The position numbers were made by a program, and so were the translations under genes. Shown here piece after piece: positions 28,338-45,900 of a stretch of DNA of 64,000 bases. The first letter of the stretch is position 1. Each line of letters starts with the position of its first letter. The notes below the pieces were generated by a model, which was not told the origin of the DNA, searched no databases, and saw nothing but the letters and a program-made list of their open reading frames with translations. The DNA is from Ministeria vibrans ATCC 50519 (Eukaryota > Protista > Filasterea), in assembly GCA_943704425.1 (NCBI GenBank), contig CALSCP010001168.1:52717-116716 (forward strand), written 5' to 3'.

Positions 28338-29097
28338 ATGAGTCGTGGTGAGAGAGCAACGTTGAGAAACAAGTGTCAACTGTTGAGGTTTACCTTTTCT
28401 TTCCCTCACTCTGTCTTCGCTCTGTCTCACTTGGCACAGCACCCTCTTTGCCTGTGTACGAAGGGCGAAACTGGCTGATACAAATGCATTACGTACGGCA
28501 CGAATACGCCAGATGCAAGGTACGTGTGACAGGAGATACGTTTAATTATATGTAATGAGTGTAGAACATATCTGTTGTTTGAAACACAATAACTGTACAG
28601 ACTCTCATTGAAGAGGAGCTCACCGCATCGCATAACCAATGTGAACATGCGCTTTTTGTGAAAGGTAGTGCACTTGGGCTGAGACATACACTGTATGAAG
28701 CGCTTTCGTTGATGTTTCTCAGGAATGATTCTTCGGCATGAAGGTGACATTGCGAGTTCGCTGCAGCTCTTCAAGAAGGCCTCCTTGCTGAACCCATCAA
28801 GTGCATCCAACTTGAAGCAAGTGGGACGCTCACTGTATGCGCCTATATTTTCATAATATTCTGTTTTGATATGTCTACATTGGTATACTTTGCATGACAC
28901 TGATTGAATTGTCTATTATAATGCAGTCATTTACTGGGAAAGCATCGGGCGGCCCTCGACGTCTACGAAGAGGCGCTAGTGTTGTCCCCCAATGACTGGG
29001 AGATCTTACATCACCAAGGTGTATGCTACACGCACCTCAACGACATTCGCAGGGTAGTGATCAATAAGCAAAAGCAAATCAAAATAAATTATTAATG

Positions 29098-29153
<56 letters not shown>

Positions 29154-30873
29154 TTTATTGTTGGTAGGCCAAGTATTCGTTCCGAAAGGCCCTTGGAGAG
29201 CACCAACACGAGCGAACGTATGTACAGCTTGTCAAAGTGCTGGTGCGCGAAGAGGACATTGTGGGCGCTATCGCCATTTGCAAGGAAGCACTTGAGTACG
29301 TCGATTGAAAGCATCGCGCATGAAAACAATTAATGTCGGTCATTTATAATATTATGTAATATGTAATGTTCTGATCAATCTGCTTGTATATTAGATTGAC
29401 ACCCGACAGCTGTGAGTTGTTAACGCTGGGCGGGCTGTTGAATCTGCGTTTAGGCAAAGTAAAGCGGGCGTTTGAGTTTCTGGGTGCGTCGCTGGCAGTG
29501 AATGCGCGCAACACAAAGGCACGAAACGAGTACATTTATAATAGTATAAATTTGATAGAGTGTGACGAGTCGACGTCTGATTGACACTCTCGCAAAATTG
29601 ATAATTATAATAATAATAATAATAATTATAATAATAATAATTATAATAATAATAATATTTTGTATATTAATCATTACTGCGATCTCTCTCTTTATTTTTC
29701 TTAATTATTATAATTTATATACAGGTTATATTGGGCGCAGGGTCAATCATCCAAGAGTACGGGGACTATGATGTGGCGCTTGTCAAGTACCGCACCGCTG
29801 GTTAGTCGTTGTTTATATTTTAGTTCATGCATATAACCATAACAAAATTTATTTGCTGATTATTAATTAATATTATTTATGTACCGTTCTGTTGAAGGAT
29901 TTTTTGACACATGTCATATTTAGCAGCCATATATCTTATCGTTTTTTTATGCAGCGGTTATGGACAGTGAAAGTGCGCCACTGTGGAACAACGTAGCCCT
30001 ATGCTATCTTGGCAAGAGTAAGCTCGTCGCGTCCATTGCCTGTCTCAAGCGCGCTCTCTCCATTGCGCCCACCGAATGGGTATATATCCACACTGTACCG
30101 GATGCAGAGCGGAATAATAAACCCTCTGTACATATTATGATAGGTTGTGCTCTACAATCTGGGGCTGGTGCACTTGCACTGCGAATTGTACTCGTCCGCC
30201 TTCCACTTTAGTAGCGCCACCGTCAATCTTCGCCCTGACTATGCTCCAGCCTATTTTCTGCTCGCTGGTCCGCCACTCATAATCACACATGTAGATGAAT
30301 ACTCTCTTAATTAATATTGTTATAGTTTCTCTCGTGCATTTGGGCAACTTTCCCAAGGCTAAACTTGCCTTTGAAAAGGCCTGTCAACTCGGAGGGTACA
30401 CACACAGATCATTTGCCTTATATTCCGGTTCATCGGCCTCACGTCTACCATTTCTCTATCATTTCTTTTAATATGTTATCACTTTTTATTAATTCTTCCT
30501 CCTCTCCTCTATTTCTCTGTCTCTCTTTCTTTTCCTCTACTCCCAGTAGAGACTCATTGATACTACTCAACTTTGTCATTGCCCTGTTCAATGCGGGCCA
30601 TGATGCGCTTGCTGCGCGCTACATGCACCAATTTGGGCTCACGAGGGACACTGAGCGTGCACACCGCAAGAGCCGCTCGATCTCACGCTCATCCGAGCTC
30701 GACGAGCGGATGGACCAGCTCGCGCTGCAGGTGATGCTCATGATTATTCGACGCAAAGAAGCCTCATTTGCCCCTCTGCCTAGATCATGCCCCATCTTCC
30801 TGTACTATCCGACTCCGAAATCTCCTCGATGGAGATTGTCTTTTCTCCTCCTCAGACCGAAACACGACTATAA
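28338..30873 (+). CDS. BBS4: Bardet-Biedl syndrome 4 protein (BBSome TPR subunit), many short exons
   Basis: APSLPVYEGRNWLIQMHYVRHEYARCK, NLKQVGRS.HLLGKHRAALDVYEEA, ILGAGSIIQEYGDYDVALVKYR, LWNNVALCYLGKSKLVASIACLKRA, YNLGLVHL. Confidence 0.93.
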
Positions 30874-30928
30874 CATTGAAAGTCTATGTACACATTAATT
30901 ATTAATCATACTGCATTGCATGTGTGTC

Positions 30929-32934
30929 TCAGGGACTCGTGCGCTCGTCGACAATGCGCTTCATTGTGGCAGCAAGGATGCTCTTCATCTCGTCTCGTTC
31001 CCGCACTGCACTGTCTCGCTCTCGCTTCCTCTCCTCCGCGTTGGCAATCGCTCTCTACGAAAACAATCTCAAGTATTTTATTTTTTGTTTCGTCGTGCTT
31101 TATTATTTTCCCCCTCACCATATAGTCTGCGCGCAGCTGGTCGCGATCGCGGCTGAGCTCGCTGTTGACCTGTCTCGTCGTGCGCACCTCACGCTCGTAG
31201 CGCTCCGTCTCGTCTGTGATTCCGTCAATGCGCTCTCGCAGCGAATCCACTTCCCGTCGCGTCTGCAGAACTTGTCGCTCGTACTCTTGAATCGCAAACG
31301 TCCGCTCCATCACTTCCCGTCGGAGTCCTTCCACTTGCTCGCGCAGCCGGGAGTTCTAATAATAAATAAATGAAAGAAGTCATAAGAGTGATAAAGGCAA
31401 GATGGGCCAGAGACACACCTCATCGTGTACGTGACGGACGCGATGCTCACTGCCTTCACTCTGCTCCGACATGGAATCGGCCTCCATGCGTAGTGTGGCT
31501 ACTGTCGCCGACTCGCGACGCAGCGAATCCTCCAGCTGCGCTCGCTCCGCTTCCGCCTCCTGCAAAATAGCTTGTGCTTGCTGCAGCTGTTCGACGTAGG
31601 CACGCAGCGCCTTCTCCAGCTCAGCATGCGCCCCCATCGCTTCATTCAACTCCTGTTCCTTCTGTCCCAGTGCACTCACTACCACCCGCAGATCCTGTTC
31701 CGTCCGCTCCCTTGCCTCCTTCTCCCGCTCTGTGTGCGCGACCAGTCCATCGCGCTCCGTCGCCCACGCATCCTCCCGACGCCGGTACGTCGCCACAAGA
31801 CGCATGTGCTCCTCCAGTGCCTGACGCAGTCCCTGACTCTCCTCAACAGTCTGCGACAGTGCCGCGTGCAATGTTGCCTAACCACCAATAATAAAAGTAT
31901 TATAATATTAATAATGAGAATAATGAATAATAACAATTCTCTTAGAAACACTCGGTGTTGACTATTAGAGGTGTTATGTTTTTGGTTTTCGTGTTCAGAC
32001 TCACTTCGTCCGCAAAAACTGACTCTTTTTCCCTGCGATCCATTTCAGCCTGTTCTGCCCGCAGGTCCAGTTGAGCTGACAGTCGGTCTCGCTCGTCGAC
32101 CAAACACTCAATGGTCGTCGTTTGCTCACGCACTTGCTCCACTAGTGCATCGCTCTGGCGCTGTGCTTCCTCAAGGGTCTCCTGCAGTGCAGTCAGCTCA
32201 CCATTGCGATCTTCGAGTCGCTGCCCTAAAACGCGCACGAGCGATTCCTCTCCCTCCCGCAGCCCAGCCTGTGTCGCCTCCTCCTCCTGCTCCTCCTCTT
32301 CTTCTTCCTCTTTTTGAGCGTGTGTGCTTTGCACACGCACTGGCAGTCGACTGGTCCGACGTCCCCTCCCACTTCCACTCGACCCACTCAGTGACGAGTC
32401 GTTCGAGGCCGACATAAACGAACGGTCCAGTGTTCGACACGCGTGCTCCCACAGCCGTTCATACTCGCCGCGTGCAAGACAATGCTGTGCCACCTCAAGT
32501 AGATACCGACGAGCCCACTCAAGCTGACGGAAAAACAGCAATAATAAATCCACATTAATAACGTCTAAACGCACGCTTTTTTTTTTCCTCTCTCTCCCTT
32601 TTTCTATTCTCATACCTGCTTGAGTTCACGAAGACAAAGAGCAACGGAAAGTGTGTTGGAGGAGGGATGAAAGGCATCAAAGGTGGCGCGGAAGGCATCG
32701 GCCCACGCAGTCGCACTGCGGCCATCACCTCGTTCACTGCGCTGACTCTGCTCCAGTTGCTCAATGCGCGTGCGCTGTGCATTACACCGTTCCCGCAGAT
32801 TGTGCACAACGTCAACAGACTCGGAGGTGAGACCTGCCTGGCGACCCACCACCAGCAGTTGGTCTTCGAGCTCGGCTATGCGTCCCCTCGACTCGTCCAG
32901 CTGTGCATTCAGGCGCTCATGCTCAGCGACTGCA

Positions 32935-32968
<34 letters not shown>

Positions 32969-34344
32969 ACGCTGCTGATGAGGACAGTAGCGTCGATGTA
33001 GCAAGAAAATGTTGTTCGTCGTGCTCGGCAAGGGACTGTCGCAGTCGCTTGCACTCCGCCTCAAGACTGAACACCGTTTCGCTCTGCGACGCCAACTGCT
33101 GCTCCGTCTGTCGCAGACGATGTGCGAGCTCGTCGATCACACGATGGTTCGCCTGCAATTTCGCCAAATGTGTTTGGGTCTGTTCTCCGTCGGCATGTGC
33201 CTTGTTCAGCGCCTGCTTCAACTCGTGAACGTGACTCTCGAGGGTTGTGTTTTGTGCGTGTAGCATTTCGAGTTGTGCTTCCAGTTTGACACGTGTGCGT
33301 TCTTCGCCCTCTCGCTGCTCACCCTGCACCATCAGCCCAATACCATCTCTGTACTCGGCCGCAGCGCCAACTCTCATAATCTCTTGGTCGCGCGCTAACA
33401 CCTGCTCGCGCAACGCAACGATACGCGATTCGAGTGACTCGCGCGAGTCCATTTCCGTCGCGAGCTCCGCCTCAAGCTGCGAAATGCGTCGCTGTGCCAT
33501 CTTGACAATGTCGATGCGACTATCTTCAGGCGTAGCTTGCTCGGCAGCGCATCGCTCGCACGTGGACAAGACAGCAGGTGGCACAGTAGCGTCAAGGTGC
33601 ATTCGTTGACGATTGAATGCAAACTGGCGCTTCCCTGTGCCCTGCGGCGTCTCAATGACCGCATTCAAATTCTTGCCCAGAAGCTCCTCAATGCGCTGCT
33701 TCTGCGAGAACACGGTCTCCTCAAGATCCGCCACGCGTGCGGCATGTTGCCCCAAGAGGAACTTTGCATTGCGAAGCGTCTTGTCCGCATCGCGCAGCCG
33801 CTCCAGGTTGGTCCGCTCCCTCTCGACCGCTTCCTCGCGCGTGCGCACCACCCGCATGTGAAGGTCGTTGCAGTCGCGCGTGAGCCGCGCATTGTCATTC
33901 AGCAGCGGCTGAGCCTGAGACGACTGGAAATGAAACAAGACCAAAAAAAAAAAAAACGGTCAACACCAATTTTTCAAATTTTCGCGCTCACGTAGAAATG
34001 CACAAACACGCAACATGCTGGTGGACGTATGGGAAATGCAATACTCATGCAAATGCAAAGGCGACGGGGCCCGACGATGAAGGCATGGCTCTGTAGAGAG
34101 TGCGACTGCGAACACAACACTTCACCTTTTCTTGCGCGCGTCTCTCGCTCTCGTCCAGGCGCGTTTGCAGTTGCTCTACCGACTCGACGGTGTGCATATG
34201 GTCAGAAAATAGACGGTCGACCAAGGCGAGCGAGTCGGCGCCCAGCGGTTCGTTGTAGCCGAGCTGGTCGAGTTTGAGACGGAGCAACGACAGCTTCGCA
34301 GCCACCCGATCACCTCGGGCGTTTGAGCCGCCCTCAGTCATCAT
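30929..34344 (-). CDS. CEP135: Centriolar cartwheel protein CEP135/Bld10 homolog (coiled coil)
   Basis: N-terminus LRLKLDQLGYNEPLGADSLALVDRLFSDHMHTVES, PLLNDNARLTRDCNDLH, KNLNAVIETPQG..FNRQRM, then long coiled-coil exons. Confidence 0.88.
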
Positions 34345-34477
34345 GTTGGAGGTACAGGTGCAATCAATGGGGTTTGCACACTCGGTAGGACGATGAATGA
34401 ACTTTGACTGATCACTCAAAAGCACCTCCAAAGTTCATTTTCAAAATCAAAATTCAATTAATTTAACTGTTTCAGGT

Positions 34478-35272
34478 ATGAGTCGACGCCGGACGCGAGA
34501 GAGTAAGGACACGGTTGAAGGATCGTCAGATTTGGCGGACTCGACTCACTCGACGGAATCGTCGAGTGAGGCGCTAGGAGAGGCGGCACCGGCGTCCTTT
34601 CGAGTGATCTGCACACTCATCCTTGCGGTCCTCACTCTGACCCTTCCTCTGCTGTACACCGACCAGTGGGGCGGAAAGAGCGCCCCTGTCGACTCGGAGC
34701 ACACCCCATGTTGGCATTTGTACCGGCCATTGGACGAGTAAGTGGTGGCGTCTGCGTCTCTCTCTCTCTCTCTCTCAGTGAGTGTGAGTGTGCAATATTG
34801 TACTCACTGATGATTGATGGCAGATTTCGAGCTTCACTGCAGCCGGAACTCCCCGTTGCTGAGCCCGGGTTTGTCTTAAACGTCCCCGCTGCCGACATGA
34901 CTCTTGAGAAGTTTATGCGGCAGCATGTAATGCCCAGTGTGCCGGTGTTGGTGACGGGCGCGGCGAAGTTGTGGCCAGCTCTCAACCGCTGGACGGACGC
35001 GTACCTGTTGTCGACCATGGGCAAGGAGGAGGTCAAGGTGGAGCGCTCAAGGGACAACGTCTTTCGTTATTGGGACGAGGACACGACGCAGCTCATGTCG
35101 TTCGGGACTTTTCTGCAACGCATCACGAGCGAGCGCCGTCGTGCCGAGGACGAAACGCTCTATGTCACGGGCGTCGACAATATTGAGTCGATTCAGCAGG
35201 ATTTGCGCAGGTTCCCATTTGCACGCTGGCTTCACATGGCCCAAGTGGCCTTTTGGATGGGTGGTGGAGGAC

Positions 35273-35365
<93 letters not shown>

Positions 35366-35879
35366 NNNNNNNNNNGGGGTGGGGGATGGGGGGGGGGCAT
35401 GGATGTTTGTAACTCTGTTTGTTTCGGTGTGCAGGTGACTCCGTTGCACTTTGACACGGCTGAAAACCTCATGACCGTTGTTCGCGGGTCGAAAACAGTC
35501 ACTCTATTTGCTCCAGACCAGACGCAATACCTCTATCCAATGTAACCGCAGCACAACCGGAACTGACCACACCACAGCTGATTTTCTTTTTGCCAATTGT
35601 AGCTACCGCGATCAGCAGTACTTCTCGGCGGCGGATCTGTCGTCAGACGATGTGCACCTGACGCACCCATTGACCGCGAGGGCTGTGCGAGCGACAGTGA
35701 CAGTGCGTGCGGGCGACACGCTGTTTATCCCGGCCTTCTGGTGGCACCACGTTCACAGCTCACCGCACGCTAATATCATGGTCAGCATGCTCTTCGTGCC
35801 ACACAGCACTCTTCACTTTGCGCACATCCACGCCCTTCAGCACGTGCTCCCGTCAAACGCATCTGCATACTCCACTTGA
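34478..35879 (+). CDS. JmjC/cupin-8 2-oxoglutarate Fe(II) oxygenase with N-terminal transmembrane anchor
   Basis: TM segment VICTLILAVLTLTLPLLY; PVLVTGAAKLWPALNRWT..YL; FWMG; VTPLHFDTAENL (HxD); GDTLFIPAFWWHHV. One intron spans an N gap. Confidence 0.85.
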
Positions 35880-36070
35880 ACCCACTACCAGTCCCCTCTT
35901 CTCCCTCTCTCTCACACACACAAACACACACATTTTATGTCTTTGAGTGTATTCACTTGCGAACCCCCATGGCCTGTTGGTAAATCTTGTCGTCCTATAC
36001 GAAAACATTATTGTCACATCTCACTCGGGGTTGTGTGTTTGTTCGGGAAAGTGGAGGAGGAAGGGGTGGT

Positions 36071-37402
36071 TTACCTCCGGGGCAGTCTGGACAATCTTCT
36101 CAATGCGGGCCATGATCTCAGGCGTGATCTTCGCGGCGACCTCAAGCGCAGCCATGTTCTGGTCGAGCTACAATGCGGGGTGAGTGAGTGGGTGGGTATA
36201 ACTGAGAGAAGAACGGTACCTGGTCGACACTGGTGGCGCCTGTGATGACAGTGCTCACTCGGTCGTTCTTGAGACACCACGCAATGGAGAGTGCCGCCAG
36301 CGTACATTCAAGCTCGGCCGCGATGGGACGCAGCAACTCTGTGCGCTCAATCTGCCACGCTTGGTCATTCATCTTGGCGTCACGCAGCCACTTGTAGTCC
36401 TCCAGCGCGAGGCGCGAACCTTCCGGGATGACCTTGCCGGCGTACTTGCCTGTAAGAATGCCGCTTGCCAGGGGCGACCAGGTGGTCAGGCCCAGGCCAT
36501 ACTTGGCATAGAGCGGGCGATATTCGCGCTCCACGCGATCGCGGTGCAGCAGGTTGTACTGCGGCTGCTCCATGACTGGACGCATGAGGCCCAGGCGGTC
36601 GGCGATTTCGCATGCCTCGGTAATCTCTTGGGCGTTCCACTCGCTTGTACCCCAGTAGAACGCTTGGCCCTTCTCGATGACGTGGTTCATTGCACGAACG
36701 GTCTCTTCGATTGGTGTCAGCGGGTCGGGGCGATGGCAAAAGACCAGGTCGACGTAGTCGAGCTTCATACGTTCCAGCGAGCGATTCATGCCTAAGTTAG
36801 TAAGAAGAAGGAGCGAGACAGGGCGTCAATTATGCGCTCCGCCCAACATAGTCCAAACGATTACCCTCAACAATGTGCTTCCGAGAAAGACCCTTGGCGT
36901 TGGGACCCGCCTTGGTACCAAAGAAGATTTTGGTCGAAAGGACGAGATCGTCACTGAGAGAGATACAGAAGAATCGGAAAAATAAATATTAGTGCGTAGA
37001 GCGCACAATCCGAAGTAGAATACCGCGTCCACTCTCCGTCAGAAACACCGCGCGCAATCACACGCCCCATGATTGACTCGGAGTCACCGGCAGCGTACGC
37101 CTCAGCATTGTCGCTACGTGTATCACATGACTCGATCAGAAAAGGGTTTGAAAAAAAAAAAAACACACACATAAAAAAAAGTTCAGTTCTCACAAAAAAT
37201 TGACACCATGCTTGTAAGCGGCCTTCATGAGCTCATAGGCAGGGTCGTCGTTGATCTAATGGAATGATTGCGGATGCGTAAGAAGAACGGGCACTTTCGT
37301 TGGATGGAATATTTTGCTAACTTGAAATTTGAATGTCACCCACGATCCAAACGAAAGGCGCGAGACCTTGAGTCCCGAGCGACCAAGAAGAACGTACTGC
37401 AT
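36071..37402 (-). CDS. Aldo-keto reductase of the voltage-gated K+ channel beta-subunit (AKR6) family
   Basis: [77 protein letters not shown]. Confidence 0.93.
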
Positions 37403-37577
37403 ACTGAAGTGCAAAGATGAAACAAAGCAAAAAAAAAGACAGATGACAGATCACAGATTACTACTCGCCGCGATGGAAATCTCAAATGAATTGGTTGATT
37501 GATGATACTCTTTAAAAATAATATAATCCTTTTCAATCTTTGGTTTCGCTTTCTTCTCACTCCCTCACTCACTCCCA

Positions 37578-41048
<3,471 letters not shown>

Positions 41049-41176
41049 TATGAGTGCAGAGTGACTGAAAGTCCTACGATGTTAACAATTTTTGATCACT
41101 GAAAAGTGAAAAAATCAAGAAAAGTTTCGCAAAAAGTCAAAAATTTAAAAATTAAAACATTATAATTATTATCGAT

Positions 41177-42821
41177 ATGCTTCGATCACTTGGACGAGTT
41201 CCTATCACGATCACCCGACCGATGGTGGTAAGTGTATAGAAGGGAGAGAACCCGACACGAAAAAAAAAAAAAAAAAACACGATCAAAACGAAAGGAAAAA
41301 AAAAAACTCACTCCCTCACTCCTCACTCCTCACTCCTACTCACCATGCAAAAGGCCACCATGCGACGGATGTCTTCATTGAGCGTGCTGGACGGCGAGAG
41401 CTCGCTGAAGGGACTCACAGAGGAGCAGGCGGCTCTTCGTGAGTCCGCTCACAAATTCTTTCAGTCGGATCTTGCGCCGTACGCACAGGAAATCGACCAC
41501 AAGAACGAGTTCGAGGGGCGCCGTGAGTTCTGGAAGAAGGTACGCATTGTCGAGTGTGGCTGGAGTGCGCCTATTAACGTTGCGCTGCGCAGTGTGGCGA
41601 CATGGGGCTGCTGGGCATCACAGCGCCCGAAGAGTATGGCGGCCTCGGCCTGGGCTATCTGGAGCACAGTCTCGTGATGGAGGAGTGCAGCCGCGCCTGC
41701 TCCTCGATCGCCCTCTCCTATGGCGCCCACGTACGCAGCTACTTGACTTTCTCTCTTTTTCACTGACATCCCCAACTCGTAGTCGAACCTTTGCGTAAAC
41801 CAACTGGTCCGCAACGGAAACGAGGCGCAAAAACGCAAGTATCTTCCCAAGTTGATCTCTGGGGAACACTTTGGGGCACTCGCCATGAGCGAAGTGGGCA
41901 GTGGCTCAGACGTAGTCTCGATGAAGACCACGGCCGAGTTGCACGGCGACTACTTTGTTCTCAACGGATCGAAGATGTGGATTACCAACGGCCCGGATGC
42001 CGACACGCTCATTGTCTATGCCAAGACGGAGCCAAACAAGCATCAGCACGGCATCACGGCGTTCATTGTCGAGCGCGGCATGGAAGGGTTCTCAAGGTCG
42101 CCGCATCTCGATAAGCTGGGCATGCGCGGCTCGGAGACGTGCGAGCTGGTTTTCGACAACTGCAAGGTCCCTGCCGAGAATGTCCTGGGCGCAAAGAACA
42201 AGGGAGTGTACGTGCTGATGAGTGGCCTTGACTACGAGCGACTGGTGTTGTCGGCGGGGCCTGTCGGCATTATGCAAGCGTGCATGGACGTCGTGCTGCC
42301 CTATGTGCACGACCGCAAGCAGTTCGGCAAGCCCATCGGCGAGTACCAGCTTATGCAAGGTCGTCTCGCCGATATGTACACCAGCCTGTGTGCGTCGCGC
42401 GCCTATCTCTACAACGTTGCGCGCGCCTGCGACCGTGGCGACCGCCAGGCCCACGACTGCGCTGGCGTCATTCTCTACTGCGCCGAAGCCGCGACTAAGG
42501 TAAGTTTATCGATGGAGGAACACGGTCTGTGCTGACGCATGCGCCTCTCTCTATCACTTTGTTTCTTTCTCTCTCTCTCACTTTGTTTCTTTCTCTCTCT
42601 CTATCACTTTGTTTCTTTCTTTCCTTCCTTCTTTCTTTCTTTCTCTCTCGTTCCAGGTTGCGCTGGATGCGATTCAACTGCTGGGCGGCAATGGCTACAT
42701 CAACGAATACCCCGTCGGGCGGCTCATGCGCGATGCTAAGCTCTATGAGATTGGCGCAGGCACAAGCGAAGTCCGTCGTATGATCATCGGCCGCACTTTC
42801 AACGCCATGTTCAAGAAATAG
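41177..42821 (+). CDS. IVD: Isovaleryl-CoA dehydrogenase, mitochondrial
   Basis: LSYGAH|[69 protein letters not shown]. Confidence 0.97.
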
Positions 42822-42927
42822 CCACTTTTTACCGCACTTTCTCAATCAAATACCCTCTCCTTTTATTTCCATTTTTTTCTCTCTCTCGCTCTCTCTCGTT
42901 TCTTCGTTCACCTCTTTGTTGTTTTAT

Positions 42928-45900
42928 TCAGACCAGCTCGAAATAATTGCTCGGAATCAACTACAGAAAAAGAAACAGACATCAGATACGGCTTCTTCTT
43001 CTCTCCTCTCCCTTACGCCAATCTTGCCGCGCAGCTTGCCCTGCCACCAGCCCTCGTTGTCCTTGTTGACAATTTGGACAATGTCGCCAAACTTAAACGA
43101 GAGCTCGTCGACATCGGCCGCCTGATAGTCGTAGAGAGCGCGGCACTGAGGCACCTTGGGTTTGGGCGTGGGTGCTGGTCGCGAAGAAGGTGGTGGAGGC
43201 GCAGCTCGTTTTCCACTCGCCGCTGCTGCGCCAGCCGCTGCCGTCGTCGCTCCTCCTCTCCCTCGCGCCGCTGCCGCTCCTCTCCCTCGCACCGCTGCCG
43301 CTCCTCTCCCTCGCGCTGCTCCTCCGCGCGTCGCTGTAGCAGCTCCTCCTCTCGTCGCCGCCGCTGCTCCTCCACGTGTCGCCGCCCCGCGCCCTCTGAC
43401 TGCGCCTCCCCGCGCCCCTCCACGACCGCGCGTCGCTCCTCCCCGTGCACCACTTGACGCTGCCGCCGGAGCCCCTGTGCTCCGTGGCGCCTGTCGCGTA
43501 CTTGCTGGTGCTTGTGGTACTGCAAAAACAACAGAGACGAAAAACGAAGAAGAGAATAAGTCGAAAAAAAAAAAGAAAAAAACAACAACAACAACAAGCA
43601 CACGCGAACAACAAGTGTACCGGAATCTTTAGGCATTCCGGCCTCAACGGTCACATGGCACGTGTGACCGGCGGGCTTCATCAGGGGTGCCTTGGACGGG
43701 CCGTGTGCCATCTGGAATGCGCGCGTGCCGCTCTTCTCCCACGTCGTCTTCTTCACAGCATACGAAATTCTACAGGTGGGCACAGGTGAGAATTTCGACA
43801 AGGTCTACTTCCATGTTGTGACGTACGAATCGGAGAACTGAACGGGGATGTCACGGCCAGTGAGGAGAGCGTACTTGGCATTGACCATGGTGACAAACTC
43901 CGTCTTGAAAACGGTCATGATGGGCGTGTCATAGTCATCCGACACGTGGATCACCACCACGCCGTCCTGTTTGCTGCTCAGAGACAGCCCGTGCAGTTTC
44001 CCCAGTGGGATGCACCGCTTCACCACATTCAAAATCTGGGAGAATCACTGTTAAGCGTCCCGGCCGTTTTTTTATTGGTGTTGCTTGTTACCTTTCCCTT
44101 GTCGGGTCCCTGTTTCATCTTTTCCAACCCAATCAAGTACAAATTGCTCTGCGTGAGCAACAAATCGCGCGAGTCTGCACGGAATTTCCTGTCAAACTTG
44201 GTCACCGTTGCCGCAAATTCAACGCGTTCCTACACACACGCAGTCAGTCAGACACCCCCCCGCCCCACACACACACATTCATTTCACACAAAGATACACT
44301 GCGACGAACCTTCTTTCCCACGAGCGCCCGCAGAGTGTAGTTGTCCGCGTAGCCAATGTAGTCTCCCACATAGTTACGGCTAATGCTTGCGCGGCGTCGC
44401 TCCTTCTTTCCCACAAAGATCTCCGACGCCTTTTTCTTCAATTCGACATAGTACTTCACAGGAAAAAAAAAAAAAAAAAAAAGGCCAGTCAAAAAGAGGA
44501 CAAGAGATCGACTGTGCCACAAGTTGTCAGTACCTGCTGCGACTTGTATCGTCTGTATGCGCGCTGGATGACACGCGCGTACGAGTCAAACTTGCGTTCG
44601 CGAAGCTCCTCCAGCAGAAACAGTGACTCGGGTGCTTTAATGAAGATTTTCGTCCGCCCCAATTGCCACTGGCTCTTCTCCATGTCAACCTAAAGTACAC
44701 ACATGGCACATCACGCATGCAAAGCAAACGGAATACAATCAGATCAAACATTCGTATTTGAGAGAAACAAGACAACGCACATCACGACACATCATCATAG
44801 AGTACACATGCAAAGACTTCGAAAGTCCAATAAAAACGTCATTCTCAAGATACACACCTTGTCGAGAAGAATCTTGCAACCTTCTTGGGGATCACCTCTC
44901 CACTCGGGCCATGTTTCGTTGGTAAGAATAGCAAAGCGACGGACAAAGCGCTCAAAGACCTGTCGGTAGGCAAAGCCCGCGCGACGCACGCGAATGTTCT
45001 CCTTGAGACCCAGATATTGCACTTGATGAAGAACGCGTTGCTTGTCAAAGTCACCGGGACGCTTGGTCTCGTTGGGCTTGATGCAGCGCACGTAGTGCGG
45101 AGTGCACTTCATGAGAGTCTTGACGAGAAGATTTGCCTGCGAACGAATCTTCATGCACGCCGTGGTGGGGCGCTTACGGTCATCGCTCGACGTGTCGTCA
45201 GGAAACAGCGACACGAGGAAAGGCGAGTTACTCTGCTGCATCAACACAATCAGATCCTTAAACAGCACATCGCGATTGCGCTCACAGAACCCTCCGCCAA
45301 CGTACGTCACCTAGCAAGGGCATCGAAAGAGGGTAAGGGAGAAGAAACAAAGAGGAGAACAGAGAATTAATATTGAGTTGGTATGAAGACAGGAAAGAGA
45401 AAAGAGCAACAAGCAATCGTACTCTTCCGGCGTAATGGCTGATCATAAAGGCACCCGACGTAATGTTAAAGTACTCGTGGCTTCCCATAGCGGCATTGAG
45501 TTTCTCCAGCAGCTTCTGGTCGGCACCTTCGCCCACGGCATGCATAGTCGCACACACATCGTCAAGAACGCACATGATTCCCGGTGGCTTCTTCTCCTCA
45601 ATCAGATCACAGACCACCTGAACATAGAATAGGGTGTGAGTACGAGAGCGCAAGAGAGAAAAGGACAAAACAGAAAAGAAAAGAGGAGAAGGAGGAGGTT
45701 GTTGAGAACAACAATAAATATAGAGCACGTGAAAAAATGACAAACCTTGTTGTTGAAGTAGTCAATGGGAGTCCATTTGATGCCCTCGGCCACGTACTCG
45801 TCCTGCTCGGACTTGAGTGTGAGCTCAATGAAGATTTGCTGGAGTTTTTCGTTGACAAAGTTGATGCAAAACTGCTCAAAGCCATTGTTGTCGAAGATTT

